From positions 1 to 64,000 of the forward strand of contig JBIQJB010000011.1 of NCBI GenBank assembly GCA_044507735.1: 64,000 bases of DNA, read 5' to 3'. Made by a program: the position numbers and the translations under genes. The notes beneath the pieces are model-generated. The model worked only from the letters and a program-made list of their open reading frames with translations, was not told the origin of the DNA and ran no database searches. The DNA is from Nitrosopumilales archaeon. Its GTDB lineage: Archaea; Thermoproteota; Nitrososphaeria; Nitrososphaerales; Nitrososphaeraceae. Below, piece by piece: positions 28,570 through 37,492 of the stretch. The stretch's first letter is position 1. Every line of letters starts with the position of its first letter.

Positions 28570-31500
28570 CTATGCGTGTGCATCTCCCACCTCAACTCCC
28601 TGCTCTCTAGACGCTTTGCCAATGCGCCTGCTTTTTTTCCGAGTGGTACCATGATCAATTTTGAAAATCGATAACGCGATGCTATCTTCAGATCCGTGTC
28701 CCAGGATTACAAGCGGGTCTTTGAGGGTCGCAAACAGTGCCTTCTTGTATTCTGATACGCTAATGTCCTCGGGGTTGACTGGAATCGCATCTTTGTTCCC
28801 GTTAGGCATGGATTTGTAAAAGCAAATGACGTCGCCCTTCTTTGCCCCAACATGAAGGCCAACTCTTTTCTGTATCGTATTAGTTGCATATTCTGCGGGA
28901 TCCTTTGACAACGTCACGCAAATTTTCAGATCATCGGGAGCCACTCGCCTTGACTCCAAGTCATCAATTGCTCGCTTGATGTTAATTGTGGGATCGACCC
29001 CGTCCCGGAAGTCCTGAACAAGTTGGTCAAAGGTGCGCGTCACCCAGCGCGGCCTGTCACTTTTCTTACCCTCCATGCCCTTGACAACAGGCTGGCCGGT
29101 GCTGCTGTCAATGCCGATATAGTGCTTCTTCTTTATGTTGAGGAATTTACGAAATGTCCTTTGGTGTTCAACTTCGACGCCAAGTTCCTGCTGGCACCTA
29201 TCAATGAACCTCTGTAGAGACTCGTCACTCCCAGCAGAAAGGAAGAGAGAGTCTGTATCCCCAGCGCAAGTTTCAAAGCCGTATTCTTTGGCAAGGGTTT
29301 GCATGTGGCGAAGTGTGTACCTGCCGTATGCGGTGACCAACTCAGCCACCCGTTTGTCATAGTATTTGAACCCAGGATAGGCGAAGACTCCATACCCAGC
29401 ATTAATTAAAATCTTGAGCCCTCTGTCCTTGATCTTGTTACCAAGTTTCTTCTGCTTCAATCGCTCTTCACGGTAGCCGCTGAGCTTTGAAGGAAAGGCA
29501 CCTTGTTTTCGTTGGCAGATCCAATATCCTTTGGGATCAATCGTCTCGTCGCCAAGCACAACCTTTGCACTTGGCACGTCTCTGCAGCAGCCACAGTTCA
29601 CAGTGTCAAATGAAATATTGTAAGAGATAGCCACGGTAGGATAAAGGCTGGCGACATCCACTACCCTTACGTTGTCATAATTCCCAAGTCGTGGTTCAAG
29701 TACAAGGCCGCCTTCATATCTTGATCCGTCTGTAAGCTGCAATTCAAAAGCAGGTCTTGTGCATCCCATTTTGTCAAAAACATGAGCCCACCAGTTGGAA
29801 AGCCCGGTATGACATACATGCTCAAAGTCTAGCTCGATTAGCTCTGAAATTGCCTGCATAAGGTCAAGCACCTGCCCATCATTGACTTGCGCCAGCTCGA
29901 GGGCAAGCTGTGCGTCCTGTAAGACGTACTGCTTTTGTGTTGAAACTGACTCTCCTTCTACTGTTGCACCGGTTATCCCCCGGTGTTTTCCTTTTTCCAA
30001 AAGTGCCTGAGCGACGTCTTCCAGCTTGAGTGACCTATACTTGTTCTCAAAAATTGAGGACTTGACAAGCTCTTTATCGAAAATCCTGTAGAGGTCGATG
30101 TGTGTTTTTCCCTTGATAGAAGGGCAAAGGCTTGATGATATGTCGACAGGCGATACAATTCCGTTGGCCACGCATCTTTCATGCAATATGAGTAGGTCTG
30201 ATTCCTGCCCGGTAGTATACCATCCAACCGACAGCATCGGTAGCTGATCGAAGCGGTGCACTATCGCCTGCATTAGTGCCGCTTCAGAGTTACCGAAGTC
30301 GGCAATATGTAGTGCCTCGCTCCAGCCGAGATTATCGACAAAGCCAGCCGCAAAGAGCATTGCACCATTCTTGTCATCTCCCCGCCGCCATTCGAGGTCC
30401 AGCGCGCTTATTCGAATATTCGTTTTTGCTCCAGCGAATGATTTCGTCGAGACTTCGCTCTCACTTTTTGTAATTTCTTCTGTCGGGATACTATGAGTAT
30501 GTGAATGTTGAGCATCTCGGGTTCTTGCCACTTGTTCTTTGTGACCGGTGTTTTGCTGCGCGACGCCAGCCAAAGCATGGTTGCAAACACCACTGCCTGC
30601 TTCGCTGCTGGCGCCATAGCCGCCTTCGATCTTAACCCGGTTGTCCTTACTGTCGCCGGAAGCGTTGTCGCAGGGGGCACGGTCGTCGTGACTGTCGTCT
30701 GTCTTATGAAAATAGTCCTCGGGGTGCGAATAATATCGCTCCACCAGCTGCTCGATGGTCACTTGCCGGCCGTCATGATCAAGTATCGCCACTGAATAGC
30801 CCTTGTCAGAATAATGTCCTGCAGTGCGCCATATTACAGAGATTAGATAATTCTTATCAGGAAATTGTGCATTTTTTCCAAGATGCAGCTTCAAATATTT
30901 TGCATCGTTGTTCGATTCTCCCTTTTCGAACAAGCGAATGTTGCCGGATGACAGAATCGGCCAATATATCTTGGCCTTGCCATTGATCTCGCTATCTTTA
31001 CTGTCGATGTAGCCGATGTTATGCAGTGGGTAGATGTAGCGCTCCAGAAGCTGCTGTGTCGACAGGTCTCTGCCGGTGTATTGCTTTGTCGGCTCTTTTA
31101 GCTGCTCTGTCGTAACTGCAATCCTGCTTTCTTCAATCGTTTGGTTCGTCTTTTTGTTAATCTTGAAGTCAGGGTTTTTCTTTCGTTCATAGGCAGGCAG
31201 GAAGACTTCATGATACCATTCGAGAACGTACGGCTTTGTGCCATCACCGTACTCCATCAGCGATATTGCTTCCCTCAAGTCGTCAAAAATCGCAAACGGC
31301 ACAACTACAACTCCTGCTGCGCGTGTGTCCGACCCGGCAACATCTTGGTGGTTGGCGTCGTCGCCCTCCGGCACTGGAGTAGCCACGAGTTTGGGCCGCC
31401 TGTCCTTGTAAATCACCGGAAGCAACGAAAGATAAGTAAAAAGCCTGTAAGCAGTGGTCATGTCAAACGCCTTTTGCCCCGGAAGGGAGCGCGAAACAAC

Positions 31501-33948
31501 CCCATGGTAAGGAATAAGTACGTTGTTTTTGCCCGGCTCTTGACCCCCGTTAAATTCAAGCAGGGCTTGCTTGAGGGCTTCAATTACCAGCCGGACGGTC
31601 TTTTTTTCAGCATCGCTCACGACTTCGGCCTGATAGGCGACATCGGGCAGGCCGTGCCTGCTCGCTATAAGGTCGATGGCTTCTTGGTATTTTTTCGGGG
31701 CCATTTTTGGATTGGTCGTGATAAACCTACGCTGAATCTCTGGGTATCTTCGGTCGCGGGTAATATCCAGAGCCTGAGCAAAAATCACCGCCGGCCACCC
31801 TCTTAAGACGTTGCTCCGGGTCTCGATGCCATCGTACGTGTCCACGAATTCATATTCGACCTCATACTTGTCATGGGACAGAAGAGGCATCAACTGTGAC
31901 AGCAAAGTAGGGCTGGGTGTATCGAGAAAGAGCAAAATTTTATTTTTAAGGCTTATCATTTTCTTCGCTTGGCTGAACAGTTCAGTGCGCTGGTTCTTTA
32001 GATCCAGTATTTCATTTTCAAGGCCTCTGGCTTGGCCATTCTCGCTGTCAGCATTTCCGGCGTGATTTTTATCCTCCTCGTGACCAGCAGTATTGTCCGC
32101 GACTCTGCTCTGATCTATGCTGTTTTTGCTGCTGCTTGCAGCCCTGCTTACGCCTGCTTTCTTTTTTTCCACCAGTTCATGCAGCCTTTTTGTTTTCTCT
32201 GCTATTGCCCCATTAATCTCGGCTATCTTGGGCATCAACGGTTCGTATTCTTTGGTTTCAGGATTTTTGACTACAAGCACTCCGCGCCTATGGAACAGAG
32301 CCTTGTCTGTCATGCCAACAAGGTGCAGCACATCGTCAGAAGGGAACTTCTCGGCTACCTTGTTGATGACATAGTTTTTGCCTTCACCTGACGGGGCGTT
32401 GATGCACATGTTGAGCGGATTGTTTGTGTATGCACTAAGCATAGCGATGAACAACTGCTTTGCAAGCAGGTCCTCTTGTCGAGCTTCCTTGACGATGCTG
32501 GCAAGGCAGAACTGCACAGGATTGTCCCGCATAGCCGGCGAATTCAGTACCAGCTGCTGGTACTTCGTCATAGCGTCGGCAATCGGTGTCGTTGATGCGC
32601 AATCTTCTGTTGCTGTCGGCGCGGCAGCCCTTGCTACTGCATTTTTTGCAGCCGAATCCGGTTTTGCTGCCTTTGGCTCCGGTGCATATATTATCTTCAT
32701 GATATTGGATACTATTTCATATGCAGCATGCGGATCCCCGTTAACATGGGCAAGGATTTGAACTAAGGCTCCCGTCCCAGCAACAGCCTTGCCCGAGATT
32801 CCATTCTTGTATGTGTTTTGGACTACGGCGAGCCTCTGTTGCTTTTCAAGGTCGTCGGTATAGTCACAGAGTGCCGCCACAATATTCTCTGCGCTTGGCT
32901 GCGAAATGTCACACATGAACAGCGCGCCAGACAAGGGAAAGCAGATCTCATCTCGGTATCCCTGCCTGTAAGATGGGAGAATGTATGACACAATCTTCTC
33001 TTCCTTCTGACGGCTGAGGACTTTGAACCTGCTGCCTGAATTGCTAACAGCACCGTGGTCGCGCTCGTTTTGTCCAGCGCTAGTTCGGCTAGTTCCTGTT
33101 ATGGTTCTGTCGCCAACAGCGGAGCTGTTGACTATTGCGCCATCTCCTGTAAGGGCTCTGATCTCTGTTTTCTTCCTCTCGCTGATAAGATATGGAGCCA
33201 ATATTGTTCCTGCCAGGAACAGATAGAGTCCGTTCAGTGGCACAATCCTATCAGTGCGCCCAATTGCAGAATACGTAAAGCCGGCATCGTCACGATGAGT
33301 TGACGGCGGCAGCGTAAGGGCAGAGCTCGATTTGTTAGTCTTGATTTCAAAGCCATACCCGTGTTCACAGTCGCGGCTGTGTATTGCCGGAAAGAGTTTT
33401 TCCTCCAGCCAGTAAAAATGAAACCCGTATGGTTTTCTTGACTTTGTAACATAGGTAATGCGTCTTAAGGCATCTAAGAGGGAGAATTGTGCCGTTTCAC
33501 CTGATGATGATAGCATTGCAAGAATGTCTGCCGTGACTGAGTCTGGCTTCAAGGAGGCAGATTCAAAGAGCATCCGTGCGAGTTCAGACGACAGTTTAGA
33601 CTTGGGGGCGATGGGGGAAGTGAAGATCTTTGCGACATTCTCGCTGTCGCAGTCAAAGCCGCACAAGTAGTAATGCTTTCCATTGGGTCCAACTAGTCGC
33701 GTGCGACCAAAGATCGTTGCAATGCCCTTGATGGCCGAACCATCCTCGGTCAGTTTGTCAGGGTGTATATCCTCTGGATGCTCATACGAATGCGACCACT
33801 TTGCCACTGGCCTTCCGCCGGCTCCAAGGGCGACAAGCTTGAAACCAATGTCATGCAGCTTGTCAACTGCAGCCTGTGGGATGCGGTCATCATTTGGCTT
33901 GGGTAGCGACCCCACTGCTGTCGTCATGTTCGGTCGGTTAACCTCCAT
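28570..33948 (-). CDS. 1792-aa fusion: Prim-Pol primase + AAA+/P-loop ATPase + 3'-5' exonuclease + family-B DNA polymerase
   Basis: GFDCD, KSRKPYGFHFY, LPPSTH (Prim-Pol); APSGEGKN, LLFLD, IQRRF (ATPase); ALDLEW, YVLQDA (exo); YEGGLVLEP, DVASLYP, KILINAGYG, GDTDS, KKHY, KGME (PolB). Confidence 0.88.
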   Translation of the reverse strand: MEVNRPNMTTAVGSLPKPNDDRIPQAAVDKLHDIGFKLVALGAGGRPVAKWSHSYEHPEDIHPDKLTEDGSAIKGIATIFGRTRLVGPNGKHYYLCGFDCDSENVAKIFTSPIAPKSKLSSELARMLFESASLKPDSVTADILAMLSSSGETAQFSLLDALRRITYVTKSRKPYGFHFYWLEEKLFPAIHSRDCEHGYGFEIKTNKSSSALTLPPSTHRDDAGFTYSAIGRTDRIVPLNGLYLFLAGTILAPYLISERKKTEIRALTGDGAIVNSSAVGDRTITGTSRTSAGQNERDHGAVSNSGSRFKVLSRQKEEKIVSYILPSYRQGYRDEICFPLSGALFMCDISQPSAENIVAALCDYTDDLEKQQRLAVVQNTYKNGISGKAVAGTGALVQILAHVNGDPHAAYEIVSNIMKIIYAPEPKAAKPDSAAKNAVARAAAPTATEDCASTTPIADAMTKYQQLVLNSPAMRDNPVQFCLASIVKEARQEDLLAKQLFIAMLSAYTNNPLNMCINAPSGEGKNYVINKVAEKFPSDDVLHLVGMTDKALFHRRGVLVVKNPETKEYEPLMPKIAEINGAIAEKTKRLHELVEKKKAGVSRAASSSKNSIDQSRVADNTAGHEEDKNHAGNADSENGQARGLENEILDLKNQRTELFSQAKKMISLKNKILLFLDTPSPTLLSQLMPLLSHDKYEVEYEFVDTYDGIETRSNVLRGWPAVIFAQALDITRDRRYPEIQRRFITTNPKMAPKKYQEAIDLIASRHGLPDVAYQAEVVSDAEKKTVRLVIEALKQALLEFNGGQEPGKNNVLIPYHGVVSRSLPGQKAFDMTTAYRLFTYLSLLPVIYKDRRPKLVATPVPEGDDANHQDVAGSDTRAAGVVVVPFAIFDDLREAISLMEYGDGTKPYVLEWYHEVFLPAYERKKNPDFKINKKTNQTIEESRIAVTTEQLKEPTKQYTGRDLSTQQLLERYIYPLHNIGYIDSKDSEINGKAKIYWPILSSGNIRLFEKGESNNDAKYLKLHLGKNAQFPDKNYLISVIWRTAGHYSDKGYSVAILDHDGRQVTIEQLVERYYSHPEDYFHKTDDSHDDRAPCDNASGDSKDNRVKIEGGYGASSEAGSGVCNHALAGVAQQNTGHKEQVARTRDAQHSHTHSIPTEEITKSESEVSTKSFAGAKTNIRISALDLEWRRGDDKNGAMLFAAGFVDNLGWSEALHIADFGNSEAALMQAIVHRFDQLPMLSVGWYTTGQESDLLILHERCVANGIVSPVDISSSLCPSIKGKTHIDLYRIFDKELVKSSIFENKYRSLKLEDVAQALLEKGKHRGITGATVEGESVSTQKQYVLQDAQLALELAQVNDGQVLDLMQAISELIELDFEHVCHTGLSNWWAHVFDKMGCTRPAFELQLTDGSRYEGGLVLEPRLGNYDNVRVVDVASLYPTVAISYNISFDTVNCGCCRDVPSAKVVLGDETIDPKGYWICQRKQGAFPSKLSGYREERLKQKKLGNKIKDRGLKILINAGYGVFAYPGFKYYDKRVAELVTAYGRYTLRHMQTLAKEYGFETCAGDTDSLFLSAGSDESLQRFIDRCQQELGVEVEHQRTFRKFLNIKKKHYIGIDSSTGQPVVKGMEGKKSDRPRWVTRTFDQLVQDFRDGVDPTINIKRAIDDLESRRVAPDDLKICVTLSKDPAEYATNTIQKRVGLHVGAKKGDVICFYKSMPNGNKDAIPVNPEDISVSEYKKALFATLKDPLVILGHGSEDSIALSIFKIDHGTTRKKSRRIGKASREQGVEVGDAHA

Positions 33949-34136
33949 TTCAGTCGCGCAATGTCATCTCTCAACTCGCGCAGTAGTCGCCCTTGCTTTG
34001 TCAGCTCGTCCTGCATTTCATCGACCTGAGCAACAAGCCAATCGATCCGACGGGATTCGTAACGGAGTTTTTCCGGGATGGCGTTTTTTTGGGACTCGTT
34101 CGAATTGAGCTTCTTAGTATCGTCAATCAATGTCAA
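33924..34136 (-). CDS. Small coiled-coil protein
   Basis: TTG start overlaps the upstream stop (TTGA). Heptad-like RRIDWLVAQVDEMQDEL..LLRELRDDIARL. Confidence 0.55.
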   Translation of the reverse strand: MTLIDDTKKLNSNESQKNAIPEKLRYESRRIDWLVAQVDEMQDELTKQGRLLRELRDDIARLKWRLTDRT

Positions 34137-34312
34137 TCTACCCACTCCTCCTTGCCATTGATTGTTGGCGCTTGATGGTCGCACTTCTCACAGGAGCAGA
34201 CTATCCTGTGCCCGGTCAGCTCGTTTACGTATACGCCCGCACAGTTGCCGCAACCCTTTAGGCAGCTAGTGACGACTATATCTGGAAGGCCGGCTTTTGG
34301 CGCGGAATTCAT
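34133..34312 (-). CDS. 59-aa Cys-rich (Zn-finger-like) protein
   Basis: Below the ORF-track cutoff. MNSAPKAGLPDIVVTSCLKGCGNCAGVYVNELTGHRIVCSCEKCDH..., with ATGA overlap to the upstream gene. Confidence 0.6.
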   Translation of the reverse strand: MNSAPKAGLPDIVVTSCLKGCGNCAGVYVNELTGHRIVCSCEKCDHQAPTINGKEEWVD

Positions 34313-34467
34313 TGTCGTTGCCTGTCTCCAAAGGTTGCATCTAACTTGCGTGCCCGGTCAGCCTCTCTGAGCAGCCGCTTGACGATGTCGTCCATGCTGT
34401 CGGCCCACTTGCCATGCGCGGCCAGCTGTTTGTAAGTTGAATCGCTCAACTTGATTAACTTCCCCAA
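34309..34467 (-). CDS. 52-aa ribbon-helix-helix regulator
   Basis: Below the ORF-track cutoff. TTG start, MGKLIKLSDSTYKQLAAHGKWADSMDDIVKRLL, a typical archaeal RHH pattern. Confidence 0.7.
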   Translation of the reverse strand: MGKLIKLSDSTYKQLAAHGKWADSMDDIVKRLLREADRARKLDATFGDRQRQ

Positions 34468-34530
34468 ATCAGTGTACGGATTAAACCTTAATACGAAAAG
34501 ACGTAGTGGTAACTAGTAACCGTACTTACC

Positions 34531-35613
34531 ATGACCCAGTACGACCATGATATCGATGATGCCATTATTTCATACTTGTACAAGAAGGAAAAGGCTAATT
34601 TTTCCCAACTAGTTCAGCATGTCAGCCGCCGCATGCAGAGGCGAATATCAAATAAGGTTCTTAGCAACCACCTCAAGAGGCTAAAGCAGGAGAGGATAAT
34701 CAGAAGAGACGAAGAAAGTGCAGGGGTTGAGAGATTTTCATATCTAACAAAGTTGGCACGGCAGCAGCTCGATTTGGGAATTCCAGTCCGTGTCAAAACC
34801 AAAAGCGAACAGAGAATCGCTGCATTGGATCGAGCGGACATAGAAGACATGGCAGATAACAGAAAGCGGATGTATCAGCTGCTATTTTTTATTGCATCGT
34901 CAGGAGCGGGGCGCCTGAAACCAAGCCCAAAGCCTGAACCGGGAGACATTGGTGTGTATGGTCCTGATGGCAAACTGATGGCATATTCCTACTATGACAT
35001 ACCGGGTGTTGGCGCGTCGGATTTTTCAGTCGAGCCGAGAGAAATTATTGGCCAAGCAGGAGCATTGACACATGTTTCTGACCTTTCACAGTCCGAGGTT
35101 GCAGCCTTGTTTGACATGCTTTTAAAAGAGAATCCGCCGCTGATAAGACCAATAGACGAGGTTGGAGGAGAGACAAGGTATGGAATCGCTGACAGGTTGC
35201 TGTCAGAGTATATCTCAGACTGTTGGACCCTTTTCCCATCGGTGCAATCAAGGCTAGAGGAAACATGGCAATACGTACGCAAGCCTGAGAATGAGGAGGA
35301 GATAGGATGGTATGTCTTTTTTTATGGAAAGAGAAAGGCAAAGAGCTTTTTTGCAAAGGCACAAGAAACCAGAAGGTATTCAAAAGCAGACAGCAAGATA
35401 AGAAAATCTTTCGAAAAGAGCATAAGGGATTGGGATACAGCAATACAGCACCGACTATACGGGTGGCGCGACGAGAAAGGCACGCATCATTCTGGGATAT
35501 ATAAAAAGTACGGAAGAACCATTATGAAAAAGTACAAGTTTCCTGCGCAAGTCTTGCTGGAAATGATATATCCAAAGTTCCTTAAAAAATTGCAGAAAGA
35601 AAAAAGGATCTAG
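34531..35613 (+). CDS. Winged-HTH domain protein, putative element regulator
   Basis: IDDAIISYL..KANFSQL...ISNKVLSNHLKRLKQERII wHTH; divergent from the RHH-led operon. Confidence 0.72.
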   Translation: MTQYDHDIDDAIISYLYKKEKANFSQLVQHVSRRMQRRISNKVLSNHLKRLKQERIIRRDEESAGVERFSYLTKLARQQLDLGIPVRVKTKSEQRIAALDRADIEDMADNRKRMYQLLFFIASSGAGRLKPSPKPEPGDIGVYGPDGKLMAYSYYDIPGVGASDFSVEPREIIGQAGALTHVSDLSQSEVAALFDMLLKENPPLIRPIDEVGGETRYGIADRLLSEYISDCWTLFPSVQSRLEETWQYVRKPENEEEIGWYVFFYGKRKAKSFFAKAQETRRYSKADSKIRKSFEKSIRDWDTAIQHRLYGWRDEKGTHHSGIYKKYGRTIMKKYKFPAQVLLEMIYPKFLKKLQKEKRI

Positions 35614-36977
35614 GATGGCAGAGACTCTGCCACGGGTTTGTAGCACCCTTTTTCGATTAGTTGCCTTGCCATTCTTTTTCTTGTGTCATCATCAGCGTCT
35701 GCCATGATCCCTACCATTGCTTGGAGCATAGCAAATGTCTCTTCCTGCTTCTGTTCTAGCGCACGCATTCTTCCGGTCTCGCCTGCCTTAATTTCTTCAT
35801 ATGCTTGCGCAGTCAATGGGTAGCTGCAGCCTAAGCAGAGTCTCGAATCTATAGTATTGACAAGCTTGCAGCGCGGGCAGCCAAGGACGACAGGCTTGCT
35901 TTGCGCTGACTCGTCTTCGACCAGTATACCATCCCTTATGAGGATCTGCTTCTTGACAGCCTCGCCCATGCGCCTCTTGATATACCTTGAAGCCTGCTTT
36001 GAGTTCATTGACCAGCGCACTTTTCGCTTCAAAGCATAATCTGGCAGCAGGTCGCTATCAAAAGTAATTGCAGAATGCCGGATGCAGTAGGGATTCCATT
36101 TTTTGGTACGCAATAGATACTCGAGCTTTTCTCTTTGATTGAGGTCTGTTATCGATCCTTCCTTTAGCATTCGCTCGATTCTTTGTCGGAGCCGCTTCAT
36201 CATTCCCCACATTGCCTCCGGCCTTACAGCGGTTCCGTCATAGAGGTTGCAAATGAGCCGCGCTTCAGGGTCGTCTTTAAGCGGATGCAAATTCAGCCAG
36301 TCGCGTACAAACGGAAACGAGCAGGTCAGCAGGATAGGTCCGCCGCCGGTTTTTGTGTTGTATGGGATCTCGCCCTCGGCCCAGCGCTCCCTGAGCCTGA
36401 CATTCTTTATCTTGAGCATAGTGACTTCATGGTTTCTGGCATCCAAGTCCCAGAAAAGCGTCAGTGCTGCCTTGTTTCGCGCCTTGGGCTCATACTTGAC
36501 AATGGAGAGCAGCTCATCCCTGTCCCAGATTTCATTTTCAGAGTATGGGCTGAGCCTCTTTGTCCTCTTTTCTCTTATCCTTGCAAAGGGCGGAGTCTCC
36601 CAGTCTGCCATTATTTCAGGGTCTTCGTCGATATCGTCTTTTCCTCTCTGGTTATAGAGCCACCTGTAAAAGAGCTTGATTCGCCGCAGGTAGTGGTTGT
36701 ACGTCGTTATCCACTTCTTTTCCGGGTCTTGCTCAGGAGGCTTGACTTTTGTGTCCAGAAACGCCGCAATCTGGCTTTTTTGCTGGACGTCAAAGAACGT
36801 TGTGTCTGGCCCAAGAAAGTTGGCGTAGGCAATTGCTACCTTGAGGTTGTTGTTTTGGTGTTGCTCCGACGAGCCCCTTGCCTTCATGTAGGCGCGAAAC
36901 TCGTCGATAATTGCCGCATTGGTTTGGTTTGGCACAAGTGCTATCTTTGAGACGGTTGTTGTCAGCTTTGCCGGCAT
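35610..36977 (-). CDS. Tyrosine recombinase/integrase
   Basis: WDLDARNHE (Arg), PYCIRHS, SRYI (Tyr), C-terminal CPRC..CLGC Zn ribbon; adjacent to the tRNA. Confidence 0.92.
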   Translation of the reverse strand: MPAKLTTTVSKIALVPNQTNAAIIDEFRAYMKARGSSEQHQNNNLKVAIAYANFLGPDTTFFDVQQKSQIAAFLDTKVKPPEQDPEKKWITTYNHYLRRIKLFYRWLYNQRGKDDIDEDPEIMADWETPPFARIREKRTKRLSPYSENEIWDRDELLSIVKYEPKARNKAALTLFWDLDARNHEVTMLKIKNVRLRERWAEGEIPYNTKTGGGPILLTCSFPFVRDWLNLHPLKDDPEARLICNLYDGTAVRPEAMWGMMKRLRQRIERMLKEGSITDLNQREKLEYLLRTKKWNPYCIRHSAITFDSDLLPDYALKRKVRWSMNSKQASRYIKRRMGEAVKKQILIRDGILVEDESAQSKPVVLGCPRCKLVNTIDSRLCLGCSYPLTAQAYEEIKAGETGRMRALEQKQEETFAMLQAMVGIMADADDDTRKRMARQLIEKGCYKPVAESLPS

Positions 36978-37092
36978 TGGGTCTCCGCACTCCTCCTGTA
37001 CGTTTGCTTGTTTCGGTAACCAGTTACTGTAGTTTCTTTGTCACGATCAAGCCCAACCAAAGCACAGGTAATAGTAGGTGAACCCATTACAA

Positions 37093-37195
37093 TGGTGGGG
37101 CCAGTGGGATTTGAACCCACGATCTCCAGCGCCCCAGGCTCGTCGGTTGTTTTTTGCAACCTCTGACATCCTAGACCAAGCTAGACTATGGCCCC
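37093..37195 (-). tRNA. tRNA-Pro(GGG) with encoded CCA and a 24-nt intron (37139-37162) at position 30/31
   Basis: Acceptor stem GGGGCCA/TGGCCCC and T-arm GTGGG-TTCAAAT-CCCAC. Removing the intron restores the anticodon arm TCAGC-CTGGGGC-GCTGG. Confidence 0.93.
37095..37113 (+). repeat. Right attachment site within the tRNA-Pro 3' end
   Basis: Identical to 1146-1164. Confidence 0.9.
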
Positions 37196-37492
37196 TCACG
37201 GTTTCACATCAGAAAACCTCTATTAAACCTACAGAATCAATTTTCCCCTGTAAAACTGGACCCAACGTTCTTGTCGAGGATATTAAAGATATACATTTCA
37301 TATCCGTTGAGGCGCAGATGATGTCAACCTTGATGCCGCGGGCAACCAAGGCTGCAAAAGCCATGCGATCCCCGTTACAAGACATGGCGCAAGAACGGCA
37401 GCTGGCGCAGATCTAGAGATCGCGATTCTCTCAGCTTGGCATGTCGTCCGAAATTCGCACGGTCGCAAACAAGAATCATAATCCCACCCTTA

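Larger units (their letters stand above)
1146..37113. mobile_element. ~36 kb integrative element in tRNA-Pro, with integrase, primase-ATPase-PolB fusion, terminase, PCNA and defence cargo
   Basis: 19-bp direct repeats at both ends, an integrase next to the tRNA, and replication, packaging and defence genes plus many pseudogenes inside. Housekeeping genes resume right of the tRNA. Confidence 0.88.

Noticed and set aside
15681-36977. Complete provirus
   Set aside because: No recognisable capsid, portal, protease or tail genes, although remote homology cannot be excluded without profile searches.
1146-37113. Casposon, pipolin or conjugative element
   Set aside because: No Cas1, no terminal inverted repeats and no relaxase/VirB4-like genes seen. 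The PolB is fused to a separate primase domain, and integration is via a tyrosine recombinase at a tRNA.
37318-37416. 32-aa ORF after a TATA-like element next to the tRNA
   Set aside because: Too short and without a recognisable motif. The longer 37078-37416 ORF overlaps the tRNA antisense.
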